Origin: Penicillus capitatus
Taxonomy: Eukaryota; Plantae; Chlorophyta
Direction: 5' to 3'
Length of the DNA: 64,000 nucleotides
NCBI GenBank assembly: GCA_965649825.1
Contig: OZ287703.1
Location: forward strand, 1,204,740-1,268,739
The notes under the pieces were generated by a model, which was given only the letters and a program-made list of their open reading frames with translations, was not told the origin of the DNA and did no database searches. Every line of letters starts with the position of its first letter. The stretch's first letter is position 1. Positions 23,824 to 35,573 of this stretch are shown piece after piece. The position numbers were made by a program, and so were the translations under genes.

Positions 23824-26553
23824 ATGGAAAACACGGCGTCCACAGAACTGTCTCCGCGGTCGCGCCCTTTCCTGACGTCTGAACAAAGAGAAGCCCTCGA
23901 CGCCGCGTTGGCCGAGAAACAGGGTGCTCGCTATATACACGGACAAGAGCATCCATCCATCCGTTCGCGATTGTGCTCGCAGATGTCGAGAAAGTCGAGA
24001 GTGAAGGTCGGCGTTGGATGGTTCACCGACGTAGTCGAAGCCGTGATTTCTACGAGAAGATGGATAGAAAGAGCAGATCTGGGAAAGGGACCGGTGGTTC
24101 GAAGAAAGGGGGTGCTGGCGGCAAGTATACGTGGGGCAGTTATGTGGACGATACCGGAGTGGCGGTTCTCGACAAGAGTGACCCAAACTATGATTCAGAC
24201 AGCGAAGAAGCAAAGGTGAAGTACAGAGGGAGCAGCAAAATCGTACAGGAGGTCGAGGAGTACAAGGAAAGGGTATGTGAAGTTATCATTGGATGGACGG
24301 AGATCGCACGCACTGTCAATTGGGTGTTCAGGTCGCCAGCATCATCTCAGAGTACTATGACAATGGAGATATCAATGAAACGGCCACTTTGCTCGACAAC
24401 CTTCGCCGTCCACACTTTGCTCAGTACTTTGTCAAGAAGGCCATTACGATGGCGATGGATCGAAGAGATAAGGAAAGGGAGATGACCTCTTATCTATTAT
24501 CATCACTGTACAATGAAGTGCGTGTGTGATAATCTGCACTGAGGTGGATGGGATGGTTGACGACGGTCTTCTTTGGGCAGGTCATTTATCCAGAACAGAT
24601 GCGCAAGGGTTTTGAGGCGACGATCTATTCCGTTGACGATTTGCGATTGGATGTGCCAGAGGCTGCTGAGCTCATTGCCTTGTTTGTGGCACGTGCTGTT
24701 GTGGATGACGTGCTTCCACCAGCCATGGTCCAGAGAATTCATGGAGATGAGGAAAGCACTGTCATGGAAGTGCGCAAGAGAGCAGAAGTGCACCTGTCGG
24801 CACGTCACTGCACAGAGAGAATGTTGCGTTGTTGGGGCGCAGGTGACGACGCACATGTCGGCTTGTATGACTGTCCTTCCCTTTCAGGTGCCGGTGTTCA
24901 TTATCAAGACACAAAAGACAGTATTGCTAAGATGTTGTTTGAATACACAAGCAGTCACGACATTGAAGAAACCCGTCGATGCCTCAGAGCATTAGATCTG
25001 CCTTTCTTCCACCACGAGGTAACAAACCAGACGTCGTTTGAATCATCTCGATTTTGGTGTGTCGATGGGTCGTTTCGAATCGTGTTGTTCTCTCTGATTG
25101 TGACTTCTACCATCACGCCTGGTGCGACGCTAACAGTTGTGTTTGTACATAGTTTGTGAAACAGGCAGTGCATTTGGCGATGGAGAACCAGATGCACCGT
25201 GGAGCTTTCATCGAGATGTTGGCAACTCTGACGAAGAACGGAGACATTAGCGAAGGACAGATCAGCAAAGGCTTTGAAAGGTCCATCCAACCAACACGAG
25301 AGAAGTCTTCTCCCTTACTAAATACATTCATCCTGTCTTCAGAGTGGCCATGCGTCTCGATGATACCATACTGGACAACCCCTCTGCCGAACAACAGTTC
25401 AGTGAAGTGGTAGACGACGCAATGAAGGAAGGGATCATTGACAAAAACGCTAACGTACTGCTGCAGGAGATCAAAGTCATAGACAGGGGGTGGTGGTGCA
25501 TTGTGGTGTGTAGGATATTGTAAAGGCCGTTGCTGGCCAATCAGAATCTGGATTTCCCGTACATCATCCTCATTCAATACAGTTATTCAAGGAAGCAGCG
25601 TTGGCTGCCATCGAAGAATTCTTCGAATCATCCGACATGGATGAGGTCGCTGAAAGGATATTAGAATTGGAAGATCCTGGCCTCCATCACATCTTTGTCA
25701 AGCACGCTGTTCAGAAAGCAATGGACAGACGCGATAGAGAACGCGAGATGATATCAAACCTCCTGAGTTTTTTGTATCCTCAGGTCCTTTCAGGTGATTT
25801 CATTGTTATCATGGAACAGTTTTCTGAGTCGAAGGGTATCATCTTGTTGGGTGGTTGCAGGGGATCAATTGGGACAGGGGTTTACACGTTTGTTGCTTGC
25901 GGCAGAGGATCTTGTCCTCGACAATCCGGAAGCTGTTCATTTTCTCACAAATTTCTTGGGACGCATCATTGTCGATGAAATCGTGCCACCATCGTTCTTG
26001 ACGAGTGTTTTGGGGTCACTAAAAGATCATTCGCTTGGAATTCAGATCGTCAAAGAGACAGGTATGTGTGTGCATACCCTGTCCTCCCTCACTCTCTTTG
26101 CACTGAGACATGGTGTCAGGTTCCATGTTGAGTGCTCGCCATGCCGCAGAGAGAATGCTCAACTGCTGGCACGGCGGCTCAAAAGACATAGAAGAAATCA
26201 GAGGTGAGATACACACGATGCTCAAGGAGTATCTGGCAAGCAAGGATGTCGATGAAATTGCACGATGTCTCCACGAACTTGCTGTCCCCTTCTATCACCA
26301 CGAGTTTGTCCGACGAGGACTGGAGATGGCTTTGAATAGCGATGCCGATTTGGAATTGGTCGAAGCACTGTTGTCTGTGTTTGCAAGCAGAGGTGAAATA
26401 AGCGAGACGCAGATGAAGAAAGGTTTTGAAAGAATGGAAGCATTAGTCGAGGATCTGGCACTGGACTATCCTCATGCCAGAGAGAGGTTCTCGAAAATGA
26501 AGGAACGTGCGATTGAGGAAGGGTGGACAGAGATGAGAGAGGTGGCTTCGTGA
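23824..26553 (+). CDS. Four-MA3-domain PDCD4/MRF-like eIF4A-binding translation regulator
   Basis: FLTSEQREALD; RKSRSGKGTGGSKKGGAGGKYTWG; DPNYDS; repeated MA3 units (IISEYYDNGD, FVKKAITMAMDRRDKERE, IEEFFESSDMDEV, FYHHEFVRRGL). Confidence 0.9.
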
Positions 26554-26717
26554 GAAGAGGAAGGCTTTACACTGGCGCGATAATGATTCGCTTGCCACTA
26601 TTTTGAGCATCTGTTCAGTAGAACACTGAATCTTGGATCAGCGTGTGAAACGCCTTAGGAGACTGATTGAATAGAAGAAGTTAAATCATGCCTCTTTCTA
26701 CCTTCCCTCCTATCCCG

Positions 26718-28737
26718 TCAAGGAGACAACAATACGTCTTGATAAGTGTACAGCAATTCCTTGACAATACGACGATCAGGAACACTGCAGGCCGTTCCAT
26801 AAATGGCAGCCGTGCCGTTGCGAGATCCTTTTGGATCTTTCTTCATGGCCTCAATGGATATGCGGAGATCCTGTAACAGACCATAGATCAATCAGTCAGT
26901 AGATATTGTGATACACTCCTTGTCTATCACCTGAACCAAGCGATCGACTGTGTTGACATGGCGTGCCGTGAAGCTGATATGTAAAGCTGGTGGAAACTGC
27001 AAAGGAGTCAAATGCCATCCCTTTTCGCTCATGATATCATTGACCTGCAAGGGAAAATGTGTCTCGAACATGCAAGTAGCTATGATTCCAATACGTAGTA
27101 GATTCTTTCAGGATGCTTCTTGAGCATGACTGCGACCACAGGACCAATTGGATTCCCAATGATCTTCAGTTCTGGAACATACGACAGCTTTGATTTGAAG
27201 TCCAGCACCACATTCAGAATATCATCTGCATTCTGCAAATATCCTTGCTCTCCGATATGCATTAAACTTGCCCATGCCGTTGCAATCAAAGCTCCAGATC
27301 GACTTCCGGCGAATCCTGAAAGCGGAATAGAAGAAATCAAACCTTTGGTTTACTGCAGAATCTATCCACTCGCCTGGCGATATGTACATTCCTCCAGTCC
27401 AATCGCTGACAGCTGTGTATTGATATTTTCTCAAAAGAGGTGATCGATAGAGCACAACTGAAGTGCCTTTGTGCGCCATTCCGTATTTATGGGTGTCGAT
27501 CGAGATCGAAGTGACACCTAAAACACAAATTTCGTACTAACGAAAAATCCTAGGGAATAAGAGGTCTTCGCCTTTTAGTGAAAAATCGAACGGCGGAACA
27601 GACTGGCCTGACTTCTGAACGAACGGCAGAAAGAAACCTCCCAAACAACAATCGACGTGTAGAAGAATGCCATTTTCAGTCGCAATTTTGGAGATTGCTT
27701 CGACAGGGTCAATCACTCCATGGGGGAACCCGGGGGCCGATGCAACAATCAAGATGGTGTTGTCATGGACTCTGCGTCGGACTTCTCTAACTGGCATCTG
27801 ATAGTTCTTGTCGACCTTCAGTATAACGAGCTTTATCTTGAAATATTCTGCTGCCTTGTAGTATGCCGCGTGTGCAGACTCAGCGATGATCATCTCTGGT
27901 TCTGTTATGCCTCGTTCGCTTTCCATGTAATCTCTCGATGCCTGCGATGGACAATATCAACGCATGCATGCTCAATGCATGAATTCAAAGGCAACTATCG
28001 TGTCACCTTCACTGCCAAGAGGATGCTTTCAGATCCTCCCGACGTCATGCATCCACATACATTCTTTGCTGTGTTCTTTGCATTCATGAGGCTGCCGCAG
28101 ACGCTGACAACTTCAGCCTCCATTTGTCGAACGCTTGGGAAAACGTCTGGATGAAGAGGATTTGTCAAACTGAAGAGATGGTATACATCGCAGAGCAGGG
28201 TCTCCAGCTCACTGCCCGCCAGGTAGACAGTACCTGACACCTTGGAATCCTTCTCACTCACTGGAACGTCCCTCTTGTTCCGTTCCCTCAAATGGTTTAG
28301 AACTGTACGACTTGACCATCCTTGAGCAGGCAAGCTGTGGATTGGTTTCTCATCTTGCAGAAATGCTTTCTTTCTGCGATTCAGATGCTGCTTCAGCTTT
28401 TCTCGTTCCCTTCGAATCAACCTTCGCGTCAGGGGAAACGATCGCACCATAGCAAAGAACGTTTCTTTCACTCCTAAATGACGACATGCATCGACATTGC
28501 AGAGGATTGGAGAAGGAAACGACTCAGAGAGAACAGCTTTTTTATGATCAGACAGACGGCGACAGTGAGCAATGTCGAGATGACTGTTGCTGCCACGATA
28601 AGAGATGGTCTTAAATGCGTGTCCAGGATAGCTCTGTCCAGGACGTAGGCGCAACGCTTTGCGAATTGAGTGACGACAAAACGAAGCGCCTCCAGAGACT
28701 CGACGACAGTCTCGAAGACGACGTCAGATGAGGCCAT
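26718..28737 (-). CDS. SPL: Sphingosine-1-phosphate lyase (PLP-dependent)
   Basis: N-terminal TM; KVSGTVY; [20 protein letters not shown]; [12 protein letters not shown]; [13 protein letters not shown]; [13 protein letters not shown]; [10 protein letters not shown]; [13 protein letters not shown]-lysine motif. Confidence 0.93.
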
Positions 28738-30660
28738 CGTAATGCGAGAGAGAGTTCAAGTGTTCTTTAAGTGCTGTATACAATCTGCGGCGCACGATGC
28801 AACGCAAAGATGCCCGAAGAGGTGGGCTTCCTTTACTTCAACCTGTCGTACAGGCGATTGAAAGGACGCAACCGTGTAAATGAAGGTAAGCCGAAAGCGA
28901 CGTCTTTGTCGATTGGGAGCACTTATGACCGAAACTTATGCCTGAATGGTCGCGACACTGACTAGCAATCCTCTTTGTGTTCGTTCGTGCTACATGATAC
29001 TGTCTTGCTTTCGAATGACTGCATTCTCCTCTGTCCATAGAAAACTACCATGTGTTCCATATTTGAGGTTGCTAAAAGCTCTGTTTGTGCAGTTGTGCCG
29101 CGGACGCTTATGAATGTTCTGCGTTCACAGATTTTGATTTGTCCGTGTTAGCAGAAGGCGAGACAGCAGATGTAGAGGACGGATTACCTTATTGGAGCAG
29201 TGACTTAATGGAACAAGAAGATCATATAACACACCTTGTGCAGGGCACGAAGAATGACAGCCACGCTCAGATTGTCATCCAACGAATGATCTACAGGAAG
29301 GTGTAAGTTGAACCGGACTTCGAATGTCGTTGGGAACGTCAGTAGTAACAATTTCCACAGAGATCTCATACTGAGGTTCTTCACTTGCATAGCGTAAGAG
29401 CTTGCCAGTACAACAACCACCACACTCCAAACAACAGTCTGCTTTTTGATGCGACAGTGTACAGAATCGTCGTCAGATTGCTTTCCCAAATAAGGTGAAC
29501 TATTGAAGCACTGATGTGTGATGACTCGACAAACACACCTGTCATACACTTATCGGAAATATGTAAGCATTCAGGAAAGTGTATCTGAAGAACAACAATC
29601 CCGCTACAATCAGGAGACTGGCAGCTTATAATCTACGGAGACGACAGAGTCTTCTAAGTATCTACCATCAACGGTGACTCTTTCTCTCTCAGGACCCCAA
29701 GAAAGTGACTCATTTGTAATGTGTCTGCGGACCAAATGACTAAAGAAAGTGCTTTATCGATACTGGATCATTGACAATATGAGTGTGGAACCAATACGCA
29801 TGCTCTGTCGGCTACAATATGTCGAACAACATGGTAAATGGAGAAATGGCAGATTATCCGCCCAGCTTGAAATCGAGGTGTTTACATGGGATTGCATTCG
29901 CAAAGCAGTCAAACCAGCGAAGAAAATCTTGTATTGGCAGAAGACATCCATTCGACGACTAAATGCATGTATCTGTTTCCTTTCTTCACAAAGTGGCTTT
30001 TGTATGACAATGGCAATCCGGCAGTTTGTCTCTCTCCACACGACACCCTGTAGAAGATTTGGCTTCGTTGCGTTTCGATGGCGAATTAACTGTTAATGCT
30101 AACTGGAAGCAATCGAGTTAAAATGGATAAAACTTCTCCAATCTTGCAAAATCGATACTCAACAAGTCGAAAATGTCATTCTCCAGTCTTTGTTTTCAGC
30201 CGAAGCCATCTAATCTGGACAAGATGTAAGTAATGTCTTGATGTGTGTATTACTGGTGACACCATAGAAACATGGTGATGTTGATGGTGTAGGTTACTGG
30301 AGGGGATTGTCAAGGCACTCCATGCAAGCATCTGTTGTTCTCCCGCATTCTCAAAGGGTTCGCGATGAGCTAACCGGCCGATTGCTCCGAGAATCGTCTT
30401 ATCGATATGTCTGTAATCTGATGCGAATGCGACATCACCGTCTCTTCCGCACAACTGTGTCAGCAGCGTGTATTTGTGAATTTGATTGCCGCTCCAGTTA
30501 AACACCTTTTGGATTTTTCATCGTTTGTATTCTCCATCCAAAGAGGATCCAGGATAGAAAATGAATGCGGAACGTGGGGACGTCGACAACGAAACACACG
30601 TGAGAAACCGTTTGGGTTTCTCTGCAGCCAATTCTATTCATTTGCAAAAAGGGCGCTTGG

Positions 30661-32146
30661 TTGAAACAAGTGTCCGAAGCTGTGAAGAAAAACTCGTTCG
30701 TCAAGCGGGGTCTTTCCAAACAATCCTTGAAGGCGTGTGACGAGGCAACGAGTGCACCGAGGGAATACCTTTGTCCCATTTCGTTGGAACTGATGCAAGA
30801 TCCTGTGCTTCTCGTGGAGACTGGACAAGTCTACGATCGTTCTTCCATTGAAGGCTGGTTTGCGACTGGGAAAAGGAGCTGTCCCGTTTCCAGAACGGAA
30901 GTGAAAAAAGTGCTTCTAAGCCCGATTTTCCCGTTGCGATCAGCAATTCAAGCATATGCAAAAGAACACCAGATTGAGCACGAATGCGTTGGAGGCCAAT
31001 TGGCAGTGGACAACGCATTAACGACGGACAGCCTTGTCCTGTCTGGGAGATTGTTTGATGGAGTCTCTGTGTATGATGTCCGTGGATTGTGCCGAATGAT
31101 TGATGCTTCAGATGTTGAGCAACAGGCAATCGCTCTGAAGTTGCTTATCGAGATGTGGCGGTGCAATCCACGCAATCCTAAGTCATGGTGTCATGAATAT
31201 GTGTGATTGGGCTCGTAGATTTAGTGATGCTTCTCAGCGGGCGAAATTGAGTCGACTGTTATCCAGGGACAAACTTGGATCTGTTTTCCAAGATTCTGAA
31301 ACGGAAACAATAAGAAACTGTGCAGCTAGACTGCTCTTGCACTTACCTGGACGCTATTTTGATGGGCAGCAACAGCTGAAACTTCTGACACATGATGACT
31401 CCGTCCTGCAAGAAGAAGTTTTGATGAGGTTGTGGAACTATGGATATCGGCATCGATCAAGGATGAGAGAACTCGCAACGTTCATGTTGAGGAATGGAGC
31501 GGACGAAATCATCGCAATCTGCCGAAAGCTTGCAGACCCGACTGAAGACACAGACATCACAGATGAGGTTTGCGTAGGCATGGAGTGCTGCTGAGCAGCT
31601 AACTCATGATGTTTGTGCGCTTTTCTGCTAAGTAGGTTAGGATGCACGCAGCGTTTGTGCTCGCTTGTGCTGCCTTTAGAAAAACCTCACGTTACAAAGC
31701 AATCGGTCAAGGAACCGTACCACTGTTGGTGAACATTCTACAGTCGACATCGAATCTCGGCTTTAGATTCTGTCTCATGAAGGCACTACAATACATGTCG
31801 AAAGACAGTGATGGAGGAAACCAAATTATTCGTGCTGGTCAGCACCAACTTCTGTGGCATCTGTGTCTAGGGAGATGCTCAATGTGTCATAGGAGGCATT
31901 CGTAGTTTTGTCACACATTTGCCAGAGAGAAATAACAGCGTTCATTACTACACACGAATCTATCTGGACTGGTTCGCTTGGGTGACAGTAGCTGAGACGG
32001 CGGTAAAGGCACTCTACTGGTTAGCATTTGACAGACAAGGCTTGGCGGAATTGAAGACAAGCTCAACGATGAAGCTGCTTCGCTTAATGGCCAAACACCG
32101 CGTACTGCCCAAACCCTGCTATTCCAAGTGCGATAATACTCAATGA
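30661..32146 (+). CDS. U-box/ARM-repeat E3 ubiquitin ligase (start uncertain, possibly 30561)
   Basis: EYLCPISLELMQDPVLLVETGQVYDRSSIEGWFATGKRSCPVS..LSPIFPLRSAI U-box, followed by helical ARM-like exons (GTVPLLVNIL, AVKALYWLA). Confidence 0.85.
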
Positions 32147-33400
32147 ACCGAGCCACTTTCTGTGCCATCGGGGATTTCACACCTGAAATCTCTCATTGGA
32201 TGATGCTGTTATTAGGTATCTGATGCCTTTATTGCACATGCTGTCGGCAAGCATATCGTGACTGCGCAGATCTCAAAACCGATGTCGTCCTGTCCTGGAC
32301 TTGTGTATTGATTGTATCACTAACAGCATAATTAATTACCACGTCATTGCTGGTTTTGATTGTAAGCCTTCTGATGTTTGAACTGATTGCTTGTCGTGAT
32401 ACTCAAACGAGAGAAGCGGCGTGTCGAAGCAGAAAAGGCTTCTCCGCCGCAAACACATGTCCGCGATACTCCGAAGAGACGGCTTTCTAGATGTTGGCAC
32501 ACAAAGTTCCGGGACCACCGAAATTGACAGACAAATCTACATTCACGCTAAGGAAATCATATTAGCTCGTGCCGTATCCTTTGATATGCAGAAGCAGAAT
32601 ACGCGTCTATCTTGTTAATGGAGTCGGTGATCGGTATCAAAGGCTATGTGACTTTAATCTCAACCAGCAGTTGTAGAATCTGTCCACAGCTGCTAAGCCA
32701 TGCATGACAATAGATTCACATCCATGACAGAAAGCTAAACGATAAAAGAAATCTAAGAAGATCTCCACATTCGCTGTGTTTCGCAAATGTGGCATCCTTC
32801 GTGAGCAGAAAGAGATGTGAAAAGTTAAAAAGATAGTTTGCCTTTTGCGTGTTAAACTTCCCCTTTCTCTGAGTACAAGACTATGCGCCTTGGTTTCTTC
32901 GGAAGTGATTGTCGCCAAGATTTCCATCGGCGATGTGACTGTCTCGTCAGCGATGGGTCACGTGTTGAAGAGAACACCTGGTGTTCTATCAAGAGGGGTC
33001 TGTTCTGTGAAAGGGTCCTTTCTTCTGGCTCTGGATACATGATGACTCATCGACCTGGACAGTCACGTCACTAGGCGCGTATATAATGGTTAATCTGAAC
33101 CTTGTTTTACTTGCTCTATAAACAACAAAAAAGTCTTCCGCGTTTGAGTTTTCGCTGCGCGGCACCTCCGCGTGACATGCGCCGGCAAAAGAAACATCCA
33201 AAGAGCACTGCTTTTTGGAGATCCTGGTTCAAGGGAGACTTGCATCAGTAAAGCCTTTGCGCACAAATGACTCATCCAAGGAATCCTGCATGTTAGTTAG
33301 ATGCAACTCAACTCACTTATACAAAGTTAGCCTCACTCTGGCCGCTCATCCGGCTTTGGGCGCTGTCGTACGGCGTTGAAATCGGGGCCGTTACGTCACA

Positions 33401-34180
33401 TCAGGTGTAACCTGGCCTGTCAGTACGATCTGGAAGTGCACGATGACGCCAAATCGACGGTTGTTCGATTCGGCCGTAATTAACGCGGACAGCGACGGGC
33501 GTAACGCGCGCGCCGTACGACAGCGTAAAATGATCGAATCGTGTTAATCGATTCCTCCTGTCGGAACCGTTATCACCATTTGAAGCCTTGCAAAGCGGGG
33601 CCGGTGATGTCGATGGTCGAAAGAGTAATGTTACATTCCTCCGCCAGACGGCAACCATCGGAAGGTGGGCTCTTGAACTCGATATGTCAGCCAGGACGTG
33701 CTCTGTTTGCGTTCGAGCACATTCGGAGAAGTCCAGCAGATATCTTAGTCTTTGTTCCGACAGTGCTGCCGATTCGAGACGAATCTGGGGTCCGGACACG
33801 AAATACAGATTATGCAGTTTTTCGCTGGCTTTCGAATCGTCTTACATTCGCCGCCGGCCGGTACCTCCAGACCGAGACAGCCCAGTCCTAAGTCCAGAAC
33901 GGATCTCATGTCATGCTTCGAGGTGCGGGCCGTTGTTTGCGGGTTCTTCGGCAATTTTCTACGGTCACAAGAGGAGCGAGCATTGTCTTTTTCTCCCAGG
34001 AGTAGTACAGTGTCGAATCGACGCTTGATCTGGCGGAAAATGATCCTCTTATCACTGACTGATTCGCAAAGTATGTCGCCGAATTCTGATGAATACTCGG
34101 CATTCTATTCCAGACAAATCACCGAGCAAGTCGCCCCTAGTTGTTGGCCCCAATACGCCATGCTACGTCTGGTTACAGCG
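33401..34180 (-). pseudogene. Unidentified spliced coding fragment, probably lacking its 5' end
   Basis: Open frames ..FGDILCESVSDKRIIFRQIKRRFD..LGLE and IRLESAALSEQRLRYLLDF.. join in phase 0 across a GT..CCCAG intron. No family recognised. Confidence 0.3.
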
Positions 34181-34220
34181 CGAACATCCGGATCGGGACA
34201 AGACAAGTGCCGATCCGCCT

Positions 34221-34863
34221 CCGGTGACGCCGATGGACACAGCCGACATTCGAGAAGGACTGGATGTGGTGGAGCGGATGGGCATCGAGCGTGCTGCCGC
34301 GACAGCAAGAGGGGCAGATGTGGTCGTCATGGTGATGGATGTCGATGAGGGATGGACAGAAAGCGACGGGGCTGTTTTCAATGGCCTATGGAAAATTGGC
34401 GTCGAATTGCCTTCCCCTGCCATCCTAGTCGCCAACAAAGCAGACAAATCAGGTCCGTCCTTCCTGCTGCGACCAATATGTCATCTTCGATGTCGCAGGC
34501 CACGAGAAACTGCCCTCCTTACCGCTCACCGTCTCCGAGACATTCGAATCCATCATCCTCGCCAGTGCCTTGCAACACGAGGGACTGGAGGATTTGAACA
34601 CAGCTGTGATGAAGACCATTGAGCAAGAATCTGTGGTCGCGGGTGGAGTTGCCTGGGCCATCAACGAACGTCAGTCCGAGGCGCTGTTCCGATCACATGC
34701 ATCTATGGAACGAGTCATCGAGAGCATCAAGAATGAGTTGCCAATGGATCTCTGGACGATCGATCTGCGCGATGCGCTATTGTCGTTGGGCAAAGTTAGC
34801 GGAGAGGACATTAAGGAAGAGATCCTCGACAACGTTTTCCAACGCTTCTGCATTGGGAAGTAA
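34221..34863 (+). pseudogene. mnmE: 5'-truncated tRNA-modification GTPase MnmE/TrmE fragment (C-terminal part, intron retained)
   Basis: PVTPMDTADIRE (canonical LLDTAGIRE; G3 glycine lost), VERMGIER, ILVANKADK (G4), DLWTIDLR..GEDIKEEILDNVFQRFCIGK*. No G1 P-loop upstream. TGTAA at 34922. Confidence 0.8.
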
Positions 34864-35045
34864 TAAACGACTGGACTCAGACTAGGCTTTCTAGAGAGAC
34901 ATCGATCCGGAGATGCCTCGATGTAACACAGAAAAGAGATTGGCCGTGTCTTGATTCGTCTTCTGTTCTTTATTTGCTGCGTTTCTCTCTTTTTGAATCT
35001 GTTGAAACGGCGTTTTGTTGTCTCCACTGTTCACCACCGAGTCTA

Positions 35046-35573
35046 TCATTCTCTTGAATCGGGAGTCTTTAGCAGACGCCGAATGAAAGCTACTTTGTGG
35101 TCAAGACATTCAGTCGATTCTTTAATGGACTTTGAAATCTCTTTTGCTTTGGCCAATTCGGTGCGCGAGGTATCGAGAACGACAGTATGCATGCTTTTGG
35201 TTCCTGGTTGAGGATTGAATTTAGATAGATCTTCTATCTCCTTCTGCAGCTCAGCGAAAACGTCCTCCGCGACCAGATCTACTGTTTCCGAGACTGATGG
35301 TCTTGCCCTTTCGTCTTCTCTGTCGCTGCCGACGCCTGAAAACACGTTAGTAATACAAAAGAGAGCGAGTGTCATACCGATTATTCTGTGACTGTGTGTT
35401 TCGAGGCTGTGTGTGACCGTCTTGATGCTGTAGCCACGTTCGTGTACCCAGTACGTCAACAGTTGACGCAGTTCCGCGCTTTTTTGGAGGTCCGTCGCCA
35501 GTTCGGTCTTTGCGGGCTCACAAATCCGCCCGTTGCTAGTCTTCTTCAAATCTACAACCGAACTCCGCGACAT
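35046..35573 (-). CDS. Orphan two-exon gene (about 161 aa, coiled-coil-like C-terminus); intron 35336-35377
   Basis: 42-nt intron with GTATGA donor, TACTAAC branch point and TTTTCAG acceptor; ATG at 35573 with TATAAA 35 nt upstream. Confidence 0.6.
   Translation of the reverse strand: MSRSSVVDLKKTSNGRICEPAKTELATDLQKSAELRQLLTYWVHERGYSIKTVTHSLETHSHRIIGMTLALFCITNVFSGVGSDREDERARPSVSETVDLVAEDVFAELQKEIEDLSKFNPQPGTKSMHTVVLDTSRTELAKAKEISKSIKESTECLDHKVAFIRRLLKTPDSRE

Noticed and set aside
32637-32927. Cyclin-like peptide (LDFFYRLAFC..GLAAVDRF)
   Set aside because: Resemblance too weak and no gene model could be built.
33669-33680. GAGTTCAAGAGC match to the satellite core on the minus strand
   Set aside because: A single 12-nt match inside an apparent exon with no flanking similarity; compatible with chance.
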